From the human T2T-CHM13v2.0 reference genome, Homo sapiens, in NCBI RefSeq assembly GCF_009914755.1, contig NC_060948.1: 64,000 nucleotides of DNA; one strand, written 5' to 3'. This document shows, one piece after another, positions 1-19,285 of the stretch. The position numbers and the translations under genes were made by a program. Each line of letters opens with the position of its first letter. Position 1 is the first letter of the stretch. The notes beneath the pieces were generated by a model. That model was not told the origin of the DNA, did no database searches, and saw only the letters and a list, made by a program, of their open reading frames with translations.

Positions 1-505
1 TAAACTGAGGAATAAAACATAACCATGAAACCTACTTATAACTGCATATGGAAAATACAGAGGATAATTTTTTAAATAACATATTTTGAAAGCCTTAACT
101 AGTAATTTGAAGAGTTGGCATTTGAAAGGCCAGTATGAATATACCTTCAAAGCAGCAACACAGGTTCCCCATGAGAAAAAGCAAACACAGGGAAAATAAA
201 AACACAAAGGTTCAATCTCTTCTGACCTTTGAAAGACACAGCACAGACAGCGGTCCTTAGGACGAAGAGCAGGAGACCCCTAATTCCGTCACCATGGCGA
301 TAGGGCATAAACATTGCTGGGTGAGGGCACAATCCACATTGTGAGGTCCAACTGCTGCCAGGAAGACAGGAGTGCTTTTACATAGACCGAAAGGTCATTG
401 AAGGCTCAGAGTTTTGTTTCAAGAACTGAATCCCTAGCCCACACGTTATTAGGCTGCGCTTCTTAAAACAAGTTATGAGATGGGAAAAAGGGCACCCACA
501 AACAT
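1..505. repeat. HSATI-like subunit of DYZ2, partial (cut by the window start)
   Basis: Same mixed-composition sequence as 2421-2925. It ends where the AT-rich block begins (~CACAAACATACGTATAC). Confidence 0.75.
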
Positions 506-2354
<1,849 letters not shown>

Positions 2355-2925
2355 AGATCCATATTTTTTAAATGAAAAAAAATTTCAAAGGTACTCTGCT
2401 TGGTACAATAATCAAATGTATAAACTGAGAAATAAAACATAACCATGAAACCTACTTATAACTGCATATGGAAAATACAGAGGATAATTTTTTAAATAAC
2501 ATATTTTGAAAGCCTTAACTAGTAATTTGAAGAGTTGGCATTTGAAAGGCCAGTATGAATATACCTTCAAAGCAGCAACACAGGTTCCCCATGAGAAAAA
2601 GCAAACACAGGGAAAATAAAAACACAAAGGTTCAATCTCTTCTGACCTTTGAAAGACACAGCACAGACAGTGGTCCTTAGGACGAAGAGCAGGAGACCCC
2701 TAATTCCGTCACCATGGCGATAGGGCATAAACATTGCTGGGTGAGGGCACAATCCACATTGTGAGGTCCAACTGCTGCCAGGAAGACAGGAGTGCTTTTA
2801 CATAGACCGAAAGGTCATTGAAGGCTCAGAGTTTTGTTTCAAGAACTGAATCCCAAGCCCACACGTTATTAGGCTGCGCTTCTTAAAACAAGTTATGAGA
2901 TGGGAAAAAGGGCACCCACAAACAT
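2355..2925. repeat. HSATI-like subunit (~570 bp); representative complete copy, recurring immediately after each Alu
   Basis: Non-Alu, non-simple segment between the Alu 5' end and the AT-rich block. The HSATI name comes from the known DYZ2 structure, not from an alignment. Boundaries approximate. Confidence 0.78.
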
Positions 2926-4459
2926 ACGTATACATTATGTATATAATAATATACAGTATCATATATATAATATATATAACCTATGTATAATATTGTTTTA
3001 CATCCTGCATCTTATGTTATATATATTGTATAAAATATAATAATTGATAATATATAAGTTTTATAATTATACAATATGACATATAGTATATATTATAATT
3101 TATGACATATATAATATATGTTATATGTCATATATAGAATATATTATACGGTTAATATACGTATTAAATATAAATTATACATTATATATATTATATATAA
3201 TATATCTGTTATATATAATACCCATTATGCATAATATATATATTATGTCTATGTTATATATAGTATAAAACAACATATAATAATATATAATTGTATATAT
3301 AAAATGCGACATATAATATATATTATATTTTATAACATATGTAATATATATTATATATTATATATAATACGTTGTATGTATAATACCTATATTAAATATA
3401 TATTATATGACTATGTTATTAATTACATGTCACATGTGTTATATATTATATATTTTACATAGCATATACCGGTTACATACAATATATACTATGTTACCTA
3501 TAATGTATAATTTATTACATGTAAAATAAAGAATGCAATATATTATGTATAATTTATAATATACAATATGTGGAATGTGATATATGTAACATATAATATA
3601 TGATATATGATATACAGTATATGATATATAACAAACAATATATGATTCCTAATATATATGGTATACAATATATATTTTATGATATGTATTCTATATGTTT
3701 TATATTCTGTTATATATAACTATTTGAAATTATATATAACTGTATAATATTTTATGTAAATATGTAATATAATATATATAACTATATAATATATTATATA
3801 TAACTATATATTATGTTATATATACTTTTATAACATAATTTACATAAAATATCATCATATAATATATATTATATTATTTCATATTACATAATATATATTA
3901 CATATCACCCAATATAACTAACATACATAATATTATAATATAGATTATATTATGTTATATTAAATATCATATATATCATGTATCATATATTCTATAATAT
4001 ATATTACACATTATATAATATGTATGTTGACTATTATGTGATATATATAACTATATATATAATTATATTTTTATACATATAACTGGATAAACATGTAATT
4101 CTACATATTTTCATTTATAATATGTAGAATTATATAATCATATATAATTTTTTATATTCTATAAAAAATTTTATCATTTTATAAATTATAATATATAAAA
4201 ATTATAATATGTACTACAAATATATATATTATATATCATATATGATATAGTACCATTGTTATATATCATAATACATATAAATGTGTATTATGTTATCTAT
4301 AATTATATAATTTCATATATAAGATGTATAATATGTATCATATATTATATATGTTATGTAATATATATAGTATATATAAGATGACACAGGATAAATATTA
4401 TATACTATGACATATAAAATATATGAGGTTATATGTTACATATAAGGCATAGCACATAA

Positions 4460-4774
<315 letters not shown>

Positions 4775-6893
4775 AGATCCATATTTTTTAAATGAAAAAA
4801 AATTTCAAAGGTACTCTGCTTGGTACAATAATCAAATGTATAAACTGAGGAATAAAACATAACCATGAAACCTACTTATAACTGCATATGGAAAATACAG
4901 AGGATAATTTTTTAAATAACATATTTTGAAAGCCTTAACTAGTAATTTGAAGAGTTGGCATTTGAAAGGCCAGTATGAATATACCTTCAAAGCAGCAACA
5001 CAGGTTCCCCATGAGAAAAAGCAAACACAGGGAAAATAAAAACACAAAGGTTCAATCTCTTCTGACCTTTGAAAGACACAGCACAGACAGTGGTCCTTAG
5101 GACGAAGAGCAGGAGACCCCTAATTCCGTCACCATGGCGATAGGGCATAAACATTGCTGGGTGAGGGCACAATCCACATTGTGAGGTCCAACTGCTGCCA
5201 GGAAGACAGGAGTGCTTTTACATAGACCGAAAGGTCATTGAAGGCTCAGAGTTTTGTTTCAAGAACTGAATCCCAAGCCCACACGTTATTAGGCTGCGCT
5301 TCTTAAAACAAGTTATGAGATGGGAAAAAGGGCACCCACAAACATACGTATACATTATGTATATAATAATATACAGTATCATATATATAATATATATAAC
5401 GTATGTATAATATTGTTTTACATCCTGCATCTTATGTTATATATACTGTATAAAATATAATAATTGATAATATATAAGTTTTATAATTATACAATGTGAC
5501 ATATAGTATATATTATAATTTATGACATATATAATATATGTTATATATCATATATAGAATATATTATACGGTTAATATACGTATTAAATATAAATTATAC
5601 ATTATATATATTATATATAATATATCTGTTATATATAATACCCATTATGCATAATATATATATTATGTCTATGTTATATATAGTATAAAACAACATATAA
5701 TAATATATAATTGTATATATAAAATGCGACATATAATATATATTATATTTTATAACATATGTTATATATTATATATAATACGTTGTATGTATAATACCTA
5801 TTTTAAATATATATTATATGACTATGTTATTAATTACATGTCACATGTGTTATACATTATATATTTTACATAGAATATACCGGTTACATACAATATATAC
5901 TATGTTACCTATAATGTATAATTTATTACATGTAAAATAAAGAATGCAATATATTATGTATAATTTATAATATACAATATGTGGAATGTGATATATGTAA
6001 CATATAATATATGATATATGATATACAGTATATGATATATAACATACAATATATGATTCCTAATATATATGGTATACAATATATATTTTATGATATGTAT
6101 TCTATATGTTTTATATTCTGTTATATATAACTACTTGAAATTATATATAACTGTATAATATTTTATGTAAATATGTAATATAATATATATAACTATATAA
6201 TATATTATATATAACTATATATTATGTTATATATACTTTTATAACATAATTTACATAAAATATCATAATATAATATATATTATATTATTTCATATTACAT
6301 AATATATATTACATATCACCCAATATAACTAACATACATAATAGTATAATATAGATTATATTATGTTATATTAAATATCATATATATCATGTATCATATA
6401 TTCTATAATATATATTACACATTATATAATATGTATGTTGTCTATTATGTGATATATATAACTATATATATAATTATATTTTTATACATATAACTAGATA
6501 AACATGTAATTTTACATATTTTCATTTATAATATGTAGAATTATATAATCATATATAATTATTTATATTCTATAAAAAATTTTATCATTATATAAATTAT
6601 AATATATAAAAATTATAATATGTACTACAAATATATATATTATATATCATATATGATATAGTACCTTTGTTATATATCATAATACATATAAATGTGTATT
6701 ATGTTATCTATAATTATATAATTTCATATATAAGATGTATAATATGTATCATATATTATATATGTTATGTAATATATATAGTATATATAAGATGACACAG
6801 GATAAATATTAAATACTATGACATATAAAATATATGAGGTTATATGTTACATATAAGGCATAGCACATAACATGTAATATATATCATGTATAA

Positions 6894-7185
6894 TTTTTTT
6901 TTTGACAGAATCTTGTCCTGTTGCACAGGGTGGGGTACAATGGCGCCATCTTTGCTCACTGCAACTTCTGCCTCACGGGTCCAAGCGATTGTCCTCCCTC
7001 AGCCTCCCAGGTAGCTGGGACTACACCACACTGGGACTACACCAGCTGCCACCATGCCTAGCTAATTTTTTGGATTTTTAGTAGTGACAGCGTTTCACTG
7101 TATTGGCCAGGATGGTCTTGATCTCTTCACCTTGTGATTCCCTTGCCTTGGCCTCCAAATTTGCTGGGATTACAGGCCTGAGCCA
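6894..7185 (-). mobile_element. Alu copy, U3
   Basis: Same Alu as 2063-2354. Confidence 0.93.
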
Positions 7186-9313
7186 AGATCCATATTTTTT
7201 AAATGAAAAAAAATTTCAAAGGTACTCTGCTTGGTACAATAATCAAATGTATAAACTGAGGAATAAAACATAACCATGAAACCTACTTATAACTGCATAT
7301 GGAAAATACAGAGGATAATTTTTTAAATAACATATTTTGTAAGCCTTAACTAGTAATTTGAAGAGTTGGCATTTGAAAGGCCAGTATGAATATACCTTCA
7401 AAGCAGCAACACAGGTTCCCCATGAGAAAAAGCAAACACAGGGAAAATAAAAACACAAAGGTTCAATCTCTTCTGACCTTTGAAAGACACAGCACAGACA
7501 GTGGTCCTTAGGACGAAGAGCAGGAGACCCCTAATTCCGTCACCATGGCGATAGGGCATAAACATTGCTGGGTGAGGGCACAATCCACATTGTGAGGTCC
7601 AACTGCTGCCAGGAAGACAGGAGTGCTTTTACATAGACCGAAAGGTCATTGAAGGCTCAGAGTTTTGTTTCAAGAACTGAATCCCAAGCCCACACGTTAT
7701 TAGGCTGCGCTTCTTAAAACAAGTTATGAGATGGGAAAAAGGGCACCCACAAACATACGTATACATTATGTATATAATAATATACAGTATCATATATATA
7801 ATATATATAACCTATGTATAATATTGTTTTACATCCTGCATCCTATGTTATATATATTGTATAAAATATAATAATTGATAATATATAAGCTGTATAATTA
7901 TACAATATGACATATAGTATATATTATAATTTATGACATATATAATATATGTTATATATCATATATAGAATATATTATACGGTTAATATACGTATTAAAT
8001 ATAAATTATACATTATATATATTATATATAATATATCTGTTATATATAATACCCATTATGCATAATATATATATTATGTCTATGTTATATATAGTATAAA
8101 ACAACATATAATAATATATAATTGTATATATAAAATGCGACATATAATATATATTATATTTTATAACATATGTAATATATATTATATATTATATATAATA
8201 CGTTGTATGTATAATACCTATATTAAATATATATTATATGACTATGTTATTAATTACATGTCACATGTGTTATATATTATATATTTTACATAGAATATAC
8301 CGGTTACATACAATATATACTATGTTACCTATAATGTATAATTTATTACATGTAAAATAAAGAATGCAATATATTATGTAAAATTTATAATATACAATAT
8401 GTGGAATGTGATATATGTAACATATAATATATGATATATGATATACAGTATATGATATATAACATACAATATATGATTCCTAATATATATGGTATACAAT
8501 ATATATTTTATGATATGTATTCTATATGTTTTATATTCTGTTATATATAACTATTTGAAATTATATATAACTGTATAATATTTTATGTAAATATGAAATA
8601 TAATATATATAACTATATAATATATTATATATAACTATATATTATGTTATATATACTTTTATAACATAATTTACATAAAATATCATAATATAATATATAT
8701 TATATTATTTCATATTACATAATATATATTACATATCACCCAATATAACTAACATACATAATAGTATAATATAGATTATATTATGTTATATTAAATATCA
8801 TATATATCATGTATCATATATTCTATAATATATATTACACATTATATAATATGTATGTTGTCTATTATGTGATATATATAACTATATATATAATTATATT
8901 TTTATACATATAACTAGATAAACATGTAATTCTACATATTTTCATTTATAATATGTAGAATTATATAATCATATATAATTATTTATATTCTATAAAAAAT
9001 TTTATCATTATATAAATTATAATATATAAAAATTATAATATGTACTACAAATATATATATTATATATCATATATGATATAGTACCTTTGTTATATATCAT
9101 AATACATATAAATGTGTATTATGTTATCTATAATTATATAATTTCATATATAAGATGTATAATATGTATCATATATTATAGATGTTATGTAATATATATA
9201 GTATATATAAGATGACACAGGATAAATATTAAATACTATGACATATAAAATATATGAGGTTATATGTTACATATAAGGCATAGCACATAACATGTAATAT
9301 ATATCATGTATAA

Positions 9314-9605
9314 TTTTTTTTTTGACAGAATCTTGTCCTGTTGCACAGGGTGGGGTACAATGGCGCCATCTTTGCTCACTGCAACTTCTGCCTCATGGGT
9401 CCAAGCGATTGTCCTCCCTCAGCCTCCCAGGTAGCTGGGACTACACCACACTGGGACTACACCAGCTGCCACCATGCCTAGCTAATTTTTTGGATTTTTA
9501 GTAGTGACAGCGTTTCACTGTATTGGCCAGGATGGTCTTGATCTCTTCACCTTGTGATTCCCTTGCCTTGGCCTCCAAATTTGCTGGGATTACAGGCCTG
9601 AGCCA
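9314..9605 (-). mobile_element. Alu copy, U4
   Basis: Same Alu as 2063-2354. Confidence 0.93.
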
Positions 9606-11710
9606 AGATCCATATTTTTTAAATGAAAAAAAATTTCAAAGGTACTCTGCTTGGTACAATAATCAAATGTATAAACTGAGGAATAAAACATAACCATGAA
9701 ACCTACTTATAACTGCATATGGAAAATACAGAGGATAATTTTTTAAATAACATATTTTGAAAGCCTTAACTAGTAATTTGAAGAGTTGGCATTTGAAAGG
9801 CCAGTATGAATATACCTTCAAAGCAGCAACACAGGTTCCCCATGAGAAAAAGCAAACACAGGGAAAATAAAAACACAAAGGTTCAATCTCTTCTGACCTT
9901 TGAAAGACACAGCACAGACAGTGGTCCTTAGGACGAAGAGCAGGAGACCCCTAATTCCGTCACCATGGCGATAGGGCATAAACATTGCTGGGTGAGGGCA
10001 CAATCCACATTGTTAGGTCCAACTGCTGCCAGGAAGACAGGAGTGCTTTTACATAGACCGAAAGGTCATTGAAGGCTCAGAGTTTTGTTTCAAGAACTGA
10101 ATCCCAAGCCCACACGTTATTAGGCTGCGCTTCTTAAAACAAGTTATGAGATGGGAAAAAGGGCACCCACAAACATACGTATACATTATGTATATAATAA
10201 TATACAGTATCATATATATAATATATATAACCTATGTATAATATTGTTTTACATCCTGCATCCTATGTTATATATATTGTATAAAATATAATAATTGATA
10301 ATATATAAGCTGTATAATTATACAATATGACATATAGTATATATTATAATTTATGACATATATAATATATGTTATATGTCATATATAGAATATATTATAC
10401 GGTTAATATACGTATTAAATATAAATTATACATTATATATATTATATATAATATATCTGTTATATATAATACCCATTATGCATAATATATATATTATGTC
10501 TATGTTATATATAGTATAAAACAACATATAATAATATATAATTGTATATATAAAATGCGACATATAATATATATTATATTTTATAACATATGTAATATAT
10601 ATTATATATTATATATAATACGTTGTATGTATAATACCTATATTAAATATATATTATATGACTATGTTATTAATTACATGTCACATGTGTTATATATTAT
10701 ATATTTTACATAGAATATACCGGTTACATACAATATATACTATGTTACCTATAATGTATAATTTATTACATGTAAAATAAAGAATGCAATATATTATGTA
10801 AAATTTATAATATACAATATGTGGAATGTGATATATATAACATATAATATATGATATATGATATACAGTATATGATATATAACATACAATATATGATTCC
10901 TAATATATATGGTATACAATATATATTTTATGATATGTATTCTATATGTTTTATATTCTGTTATATATAACTATTTGAAATTATATATAACTGTATAATA
11001 TTTTATGTAAATATGAAATATAATATATATAACTATATAATATATTATATATAACTATATATTATGTTATATATACTTTTATAACATAATTTACATAAAA
11101 TATCATAATATAATATATATTATATTATTTCATATTACATAATATATATTACATATCACCCAATATAACTAACATACATAATATTATAATATAGATTATA
11201 TTATGTTATATTAAATATCATATATATCATGTATCATATATTCTATAATATATATTACACATTATATAATATGTATGTTGTCTATTATGTGATATATATA
11301 ACTATATATATAATTATATTTTTATACATATAACTAGATAAACATGTAATTCTACATATTTTCATTTATAATATGTAGAATTATATAATCATATATAATT
11401 ATTTATATTCTATAAAAAATTTTATCATTATATAAATTATAATATATAAAAATTATAATATGTACTACAAATATATATATTATATATCATATATGATATA
11501 GTACCTTTGTTATATATCATAATACATATAAATGTGTATTATGTTATCTATAATTATATAATTTCATATATAAGATGTATAATATGTATCATATATTATA
11601 GATGTTATGTAATATATATAGTATATATAAGATGACACAGGATAAATATTATATACTATGACATATAAAATATATGAGGTTATATGTTACATATAAGGCA
11701 TAGCACATAA

Positions 11711-12025
<315 letters not shown>

Positions 12026-14153
12026 AGATCCATATTTTTTAAATGAAAAAAAATTTCAAAGGTACTCTGCTTGGTACAATAATCAAATGTATAAACTGAG
12101 GAATAAAACATAACCATGAAACCTACTTATAACTGCATATGGAAAATACAGAGGATAATTTTTTAAATAACATATTTTGAAAGCCTTAACTAGTAATTTG
12201 AAGAGTTGGCATTTGAAAGGCCAGTATGAATATACCTTCAAAGCAGCAACACAGGTTCCCCATGAGAAAAAGCAAACACAGGGAAAATAAAAACACAAAG
12301 GTTCAATCTCTTCTGACCTTTGAAAGACACAGCACAGACAGTGGTCCTTAGGACGAAGAGCAGGAGACCCCTAATTCCGTCACCATGGCGATAGGGCATA
12401 AACATTGCTGGGTGAGGGCACAATCCACATTGTGAGGTCCAACTGCTGCCAGGAAGACAGGAGTGCTTTTACATAGACCGAAAGGTCATTGAAGGCTCAG
12501 AGTTTTGTTTCAAGAACTGAATCCCAAGCCCACACGTTATTAGGCTGCGCTTCTTAAAACAAGTTATGAGATGGGAAAAAGGGCACCCACAAACATACGT
12601 ATACATTATGTATATAATAATATACAGTATCATATATATAATATATATAACCTATGTATAATATTGTTTTACATCCTGCATCCTATGTTATATATATTGT
12701 ATAAAATATAATATTTGATAATATATAAGCTGTATAATTATACAATATGACATATAGTATATATTATAATTTATGACATATATAATATATGTTATATATC
12801 ATATATAGAATATATTATACGGTTAATATACGTATTAAATATAAATTATACATTATATATATTATATATAATATATCTGTTATATATAATACCCATTATG
12901 CATAATATATATATTATGTCTATGTTATATATAGTATAAAACAACATATAATAATATATAATTGTATATATAAAATGCGACATATAATATATATTATATT
13001 TTATAACATATGTAATATATATTATATATTATATATAATACGTTGTATGTATAATACCTATATTAAATATATATTATATGACTATGTTATTAATTACATG
13101 TCACATGTGTTATATATTATATATTTTACATAGAATATACCGGTTACATACAATATATACTATGTTACCTATAATGTATAATTTATTACATGTAAAATAA
13201 AGAATGCAATATATTATGTATAATTTATAATATACAATATGTGGAATGTGATATATGTAACATATAATATATGATATATGATATACAGTATATGATATAT
13301 AACATACAATATATGATTCCTAATATATATGGTATACAATATATATTTTATGATATGTATTCTATATGTTTTATATTCTGTTATATATAACTATTTGAAA
13401 TTATATATAACTGTATAATATTTTATGTAAATATGTAATATAATATATATAACTATATAATATATTATATATAACTATATATTATGTTATATATACTTTT
13501 ATAACATAATTTACATAAAATATCATAATATAATATATATTATATTATTTCATATTACATAATATATATTACATATCACCCAATATAACTAACATACATA
13601 ATAGTATAATATAGATTATATTATGTTATATTAAATATCATATATATCATGTATCATATATTCTATAATATATATTACACATTATATAATATGTATGTTG
13701 TCTATTATGTGATATATATAACTATATATATAATTATATTTTTATACATATAACTAGATAAACATGTAATTTTACATATTTTCATTTATAATATGTAGAA
13801 TTATATAATCATATATAATTATTTATATTCTATAAAAAATTTTATCATTATATAAATTATAATATATAAAAATTATAATATGTACTACAAATATATATAT
13901 TATATATCATATATGATATAGTACCTTTGTTATATATCATAATACATATAAATGTGTATTATGTTATCTATAATTATATAATTTCATATATAAGATGTAT
14001 AATATGTATCATATATTATATATGTTATGTAATATATATAGTATATATAAGATGACACAGGATAAATATTAAATACTATGACATATAAAATATATGAGGT
14101 TATATGTTACATATAAGGCATAGCACATAACATGTAATATATATCATGTATAA

Positions 14154-14445
14154 TTTTTTTTTTGACAGAATCTTGTCCTGTTGCACACGGTGGGGTACAA
14201 TGGCGCCATCTTTGCTCACTGCAACTTCTGCCTCACGGGTCCAAGCGATTGTCCTCCCTCAGCCTCCCAGGTAGCTGGGACTACACCACACTGGGACTAC
14301 ACCAGCTGCCACCATGCCTAGCTAATTTTTTGGATTTTTAGTAGTGACAGCGTTTCACTGTATTGGCCAGGATGGTCTTGATCTCTTCACCTTGTGATTC
14401 CCTTGCCTTGGCCTCCAAATTTGCTGGGATTACAGGCCTGAGCCA
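14154..14445 (-). mobile_element. Alu copy, U6
   Basis: Same Alu as 2063-2354. Confidence 0.93.
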
Positions 14446-16550
14446 AGATCCATATTTTTTAAATGAAAAAAAATTTCAAAGGTACTCTGCTTGGTACAAT
14501 AATCAAATGTATAAACTGAGGAATAAAACATAACCATGAAACCTACTTATAACTGCATATGGAAAATACAGAGGATAATTTTTTAAATAACATATTTTGA
14601 AAGCCTTAACTAGTAATTTGAAGAGTTGGCATTTGAAAGGCCAGTATGAATATACCTTCAAAGCAGCAACACAGGTTCCCCATGAGAAAAAGCAAACACA
14701 GGGAAAATAAAAACACAAAGGTTCAATCTCTTCTGACCTTTGAAAGACACAGCACAGACAGTGGTCCTTAGGACGAAGAGCAGGAGACCCCTAATTCCGT
14801 CACCATGGCGATAGGGCATAAACATTGCTGGGTGAGGGCACAATCCACATTGTTAGGTCCAACTGCTGCCAGGAAGACAGGAGTGCTTTTACATAGACCG
14901 AAAGGTCATTGAAGGCTCAGAGTTTTGTTTCAAGAACTGAATCCCAAGCCCACACGTTATTAGGCTGCGCTTCTTAAAACAAGTTATGAGATGGGAAAAA
15001 GGGCACCCACAAACATACGTATACATTATGTATATAATAATATACAGTATCATATATATAATATATATAACCTATGTATAATATTGTTTTACATCCTGCA
15101 TCCTATGTTATATATATTGTATAAAATATAATAATTGATAATATATAAGCTGTATAATTATACAATATGACATATAGTATATATTATAATTTATGACATA
15201 TATAATATATGTTATATGTCATATATAGAATATATTATAGGGTTAATATACGTATTAAATATAAATTATACATTATATATATTATATATAATATATCTGT
15301 TATATATAATACCCATTATGCATAATATATATATTATGTCTATGTTATATATAGTATAAAACAACATATAATAATATATAATTGTATATATAAAATGCGA
15401 CATATAATATATATTATATTTTATAACATATGTAATATATATTATATATTATATATAATACGTTGTATGTATAATACCTATATTAAATATATATTATATG
15501 ACTATGTTATTAATTACATGTCACATGTGTTATATATTATATATTTTACATAGAATATACCGGTTACATACAATATATACTATGTTACCTATAATGTATA
15601 ATTTATTACATGTAAAATAAAGAATGCAATATATTATGTAAAATTTATAATATACAATATGTGGAATGTGATATATATAACATATAATATATGATATATG
15701 ATATACAGTATATGATATATAACATACAATATATGATTCCTAATATATATGGTATACAATATATATTTTATGATATGTATTCTATATGTTTTATATTCTG
15801 TTATATATAACTATTTGAAATTATATATAACTGTATAATATTTTATGTAAATATGAAATATAATATATATAACTATATAATATATTATATATAACTATAT
15901 ATTATGTTATATATACTTTTATAACATAATTTACATAAAATATCATAATATAATATATATTATATTATTTCATATTACATAATATATATTACATATCACC
16001 CAATATAACTAACATACATAATATTATAATATAGATTATATTATGTTATATTAAATATCATATATATCATGTATCATATATTCTATAATATATATTACAC
16101 ATTATATAATATGTATGTTGTCTATTATGTGATATATATAACTATATATATAATTATATTTTTATACATATAACTAGATAAACATGTAATTCTACATATT
16201 TTCATTTATAATATGTAGAATTATATAATCATATATAATTATTTATATTCTATAAAAAATTTTATCATTATATAAATTATAATATATAAAAATTATAATA
16301 TGTACTACAAATATATATATTATATATCATATATGATATAGTACCTTTGTTATATATCATAATACATATAAATGTGTATTATGTTATCTATAATTATATA
16401 ATTTCATATATAAGATGTATAATATGTATCATATATTATAGATGTTATGTAATATATATAGTATATATAAGATGACACAGGATAAATATTATATACTATG
16501 ACATATAAAATATATGAGGTTATATGTTACATATAAGGCATAGCACATAA

Positions 16551-16865
<315 letters not shown>

Positions 16866-18993
16866 AGATCCATATTTTTTAAATGAAAAAAAATTTCAAA
16901 GGTACTCTGCTTGGTACAATAATCAAATGTATAAACTGAGGAATAAAACATAACCATGAAACCTACTTATAACTGCATATGGAAAATACAGAGGATAATT
17001 TTTTAAATAACATATTTTGAAAGCCTTAACTAGTAATTTGAAGAGTTGGCATTTGAAAGGCCAGTATGAATATACCTTCAAAGCAGCAACACAGGTTCCC
17101 CATGAGAAAAAGCAAACACAGGGAAAATAAAAACACAAAGGTTCAATCTCTTCTGACCTTTGAAAGACACAGCACAGACAGTGGTCCTTAGGACGAAGAG
17201 CAGGAGACCCCTAATTCCGTCACCATGGCGATAGGGCATAAACATTGCTGGGTGAGGGCACAATCCACATTGTGAGGTCCAACTGCTGCCAGGAAGACAG
17301 GAGTGCTTTTACATAGACCGAAAGGTCATTGAAGGCTCAGAGTTTTGTTTCAAGAACTGAATCCCAAGCCCACACGTTATTAGGCTGCGCTTCTTAAAAC
17401 AAGTTATGAGATGGGAAAAAGGGCACCCACAAACATACGTATACATTATGTATATAATAATATACAGTATCATATATATAATATATATAACCTATGTATA
17501 ATATTGTTTTACATCCTGCATCCTATGTTATATATATTGTATAAAATATAATATTTGATAATATATAAGCTGTATAATTATACAATATGACATATAGTAT
17601 ATATTATAATTTATGACATATATAATATATGTTATATATCATATATAGAATATATTATACGGTTAATATACGTATTAAATATAAATTATACATTATATAT
17701 ATTATATATAATATATCTGTTATATATAATACCCATTATGCATAATATATATATTATGTCTATGTTATATATAGTATAAAACAACATATAATAATATATA
17801 ATTGTATATATAAAATGCGACATATAATATATATTATATTTTATAACATATGTAATATATATTATATATTATATATAATACGTTGTATGTATAATACCTA
17901 TATTAAATATATATTATATGACTATGTTATTAATTACATGTCACATGTGTTATATATTATATATTTTACATACAATATACCGGTTACATACAATATATAC
18001 TATGTTACCTATAATGTATAATTTATTACATGTAAAATAAAGAATGCAATATATTATGTATAATTTATAATATACAATATGTGGAATGTGATATATGTAA
18101 CATATAATATATGATATATGATATACAGTATATGATATATAACATACAATATATGATTCTTAATATATATGGTATACAATATATATTTTATGATATGTAT
18201 TCTATATGTTTTATATTCTGTTATATATAACTATTTGAAATTATATATAACTGTATAATATTTTATGTAAATATGTAATATAATACATATAACTATATAA
18301 TATATTATATATAACTATATATTATGTTATATATACTTTTATAACATAATTTACATAAAATATCATAATATAATATATATTATATTATTTCATATTACAT
18401 AATATATATTACATATCACCCAATATAACTAACATACATAATAGTATAATATAGATTATATTATGTTATATTAAATATCATATATATCATGTATCATATA
18501 TTCTATAATATATATTACACATTATATAATATGTATGTTGTCTATTATGTGATATATATAACTATATATATAATTATATTTTTATACATATAACTAGATA
18601 AACATGTAATTTTACATATTTTCATTTATAATATATAGAATTATATAATCATATATAATTATTTATATTCTATAAAAAATTTTATCATTATATAAATTAT
18701 AATATATAAAAATTATAATATGTACTACAAATATATATATTATATATCATATATGATATAGTACCTTTGTTATATATCATAATACATATAAATGTGTATT
18801 ATGTTATCTATAATTATATAATTTCATATATAAGATGTATAATATGTATCATATATTATATATGTTATGTAATATATATAGTATATATAAGATGACACAG
18901 GATAAATATTAAATACTATGACATATAAAATATATGAGGTTATATGTTACATATAAGGCATAGCACATAACATGTAATATATATCATGTATAA

Positions 18994-19285
18994 TTTTTTT
19001 TTTGACAGAATCTTGTCCTGTTGCACACGGTGGGGTACAATGGCGCCATCTTTGCTCACTGCAACTTCTGCCTCACGGGTCCAAGCGATTGTCCTCCCTC
19101 AGCCTCCCAGGTAGCTGGGACTACACCACACTGGGACTACACCAGCTGCCACCATGCCTAGCTAATTTTTTGGATTTTTAGTATTGACAGCGTTTCACTG
19201 TATTGGCCAGGATGGTCTTGATCTCTTCACCTTGTGATTCCCTTGCCTTGGCCTCCAAATTTGCTGGGATTACAGGCCTGAGCCA
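18994..19285 (-). mobile_element. Alu copy, U8
   Basis: Same Alu as 2063-2354. Confidence 0.93.
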
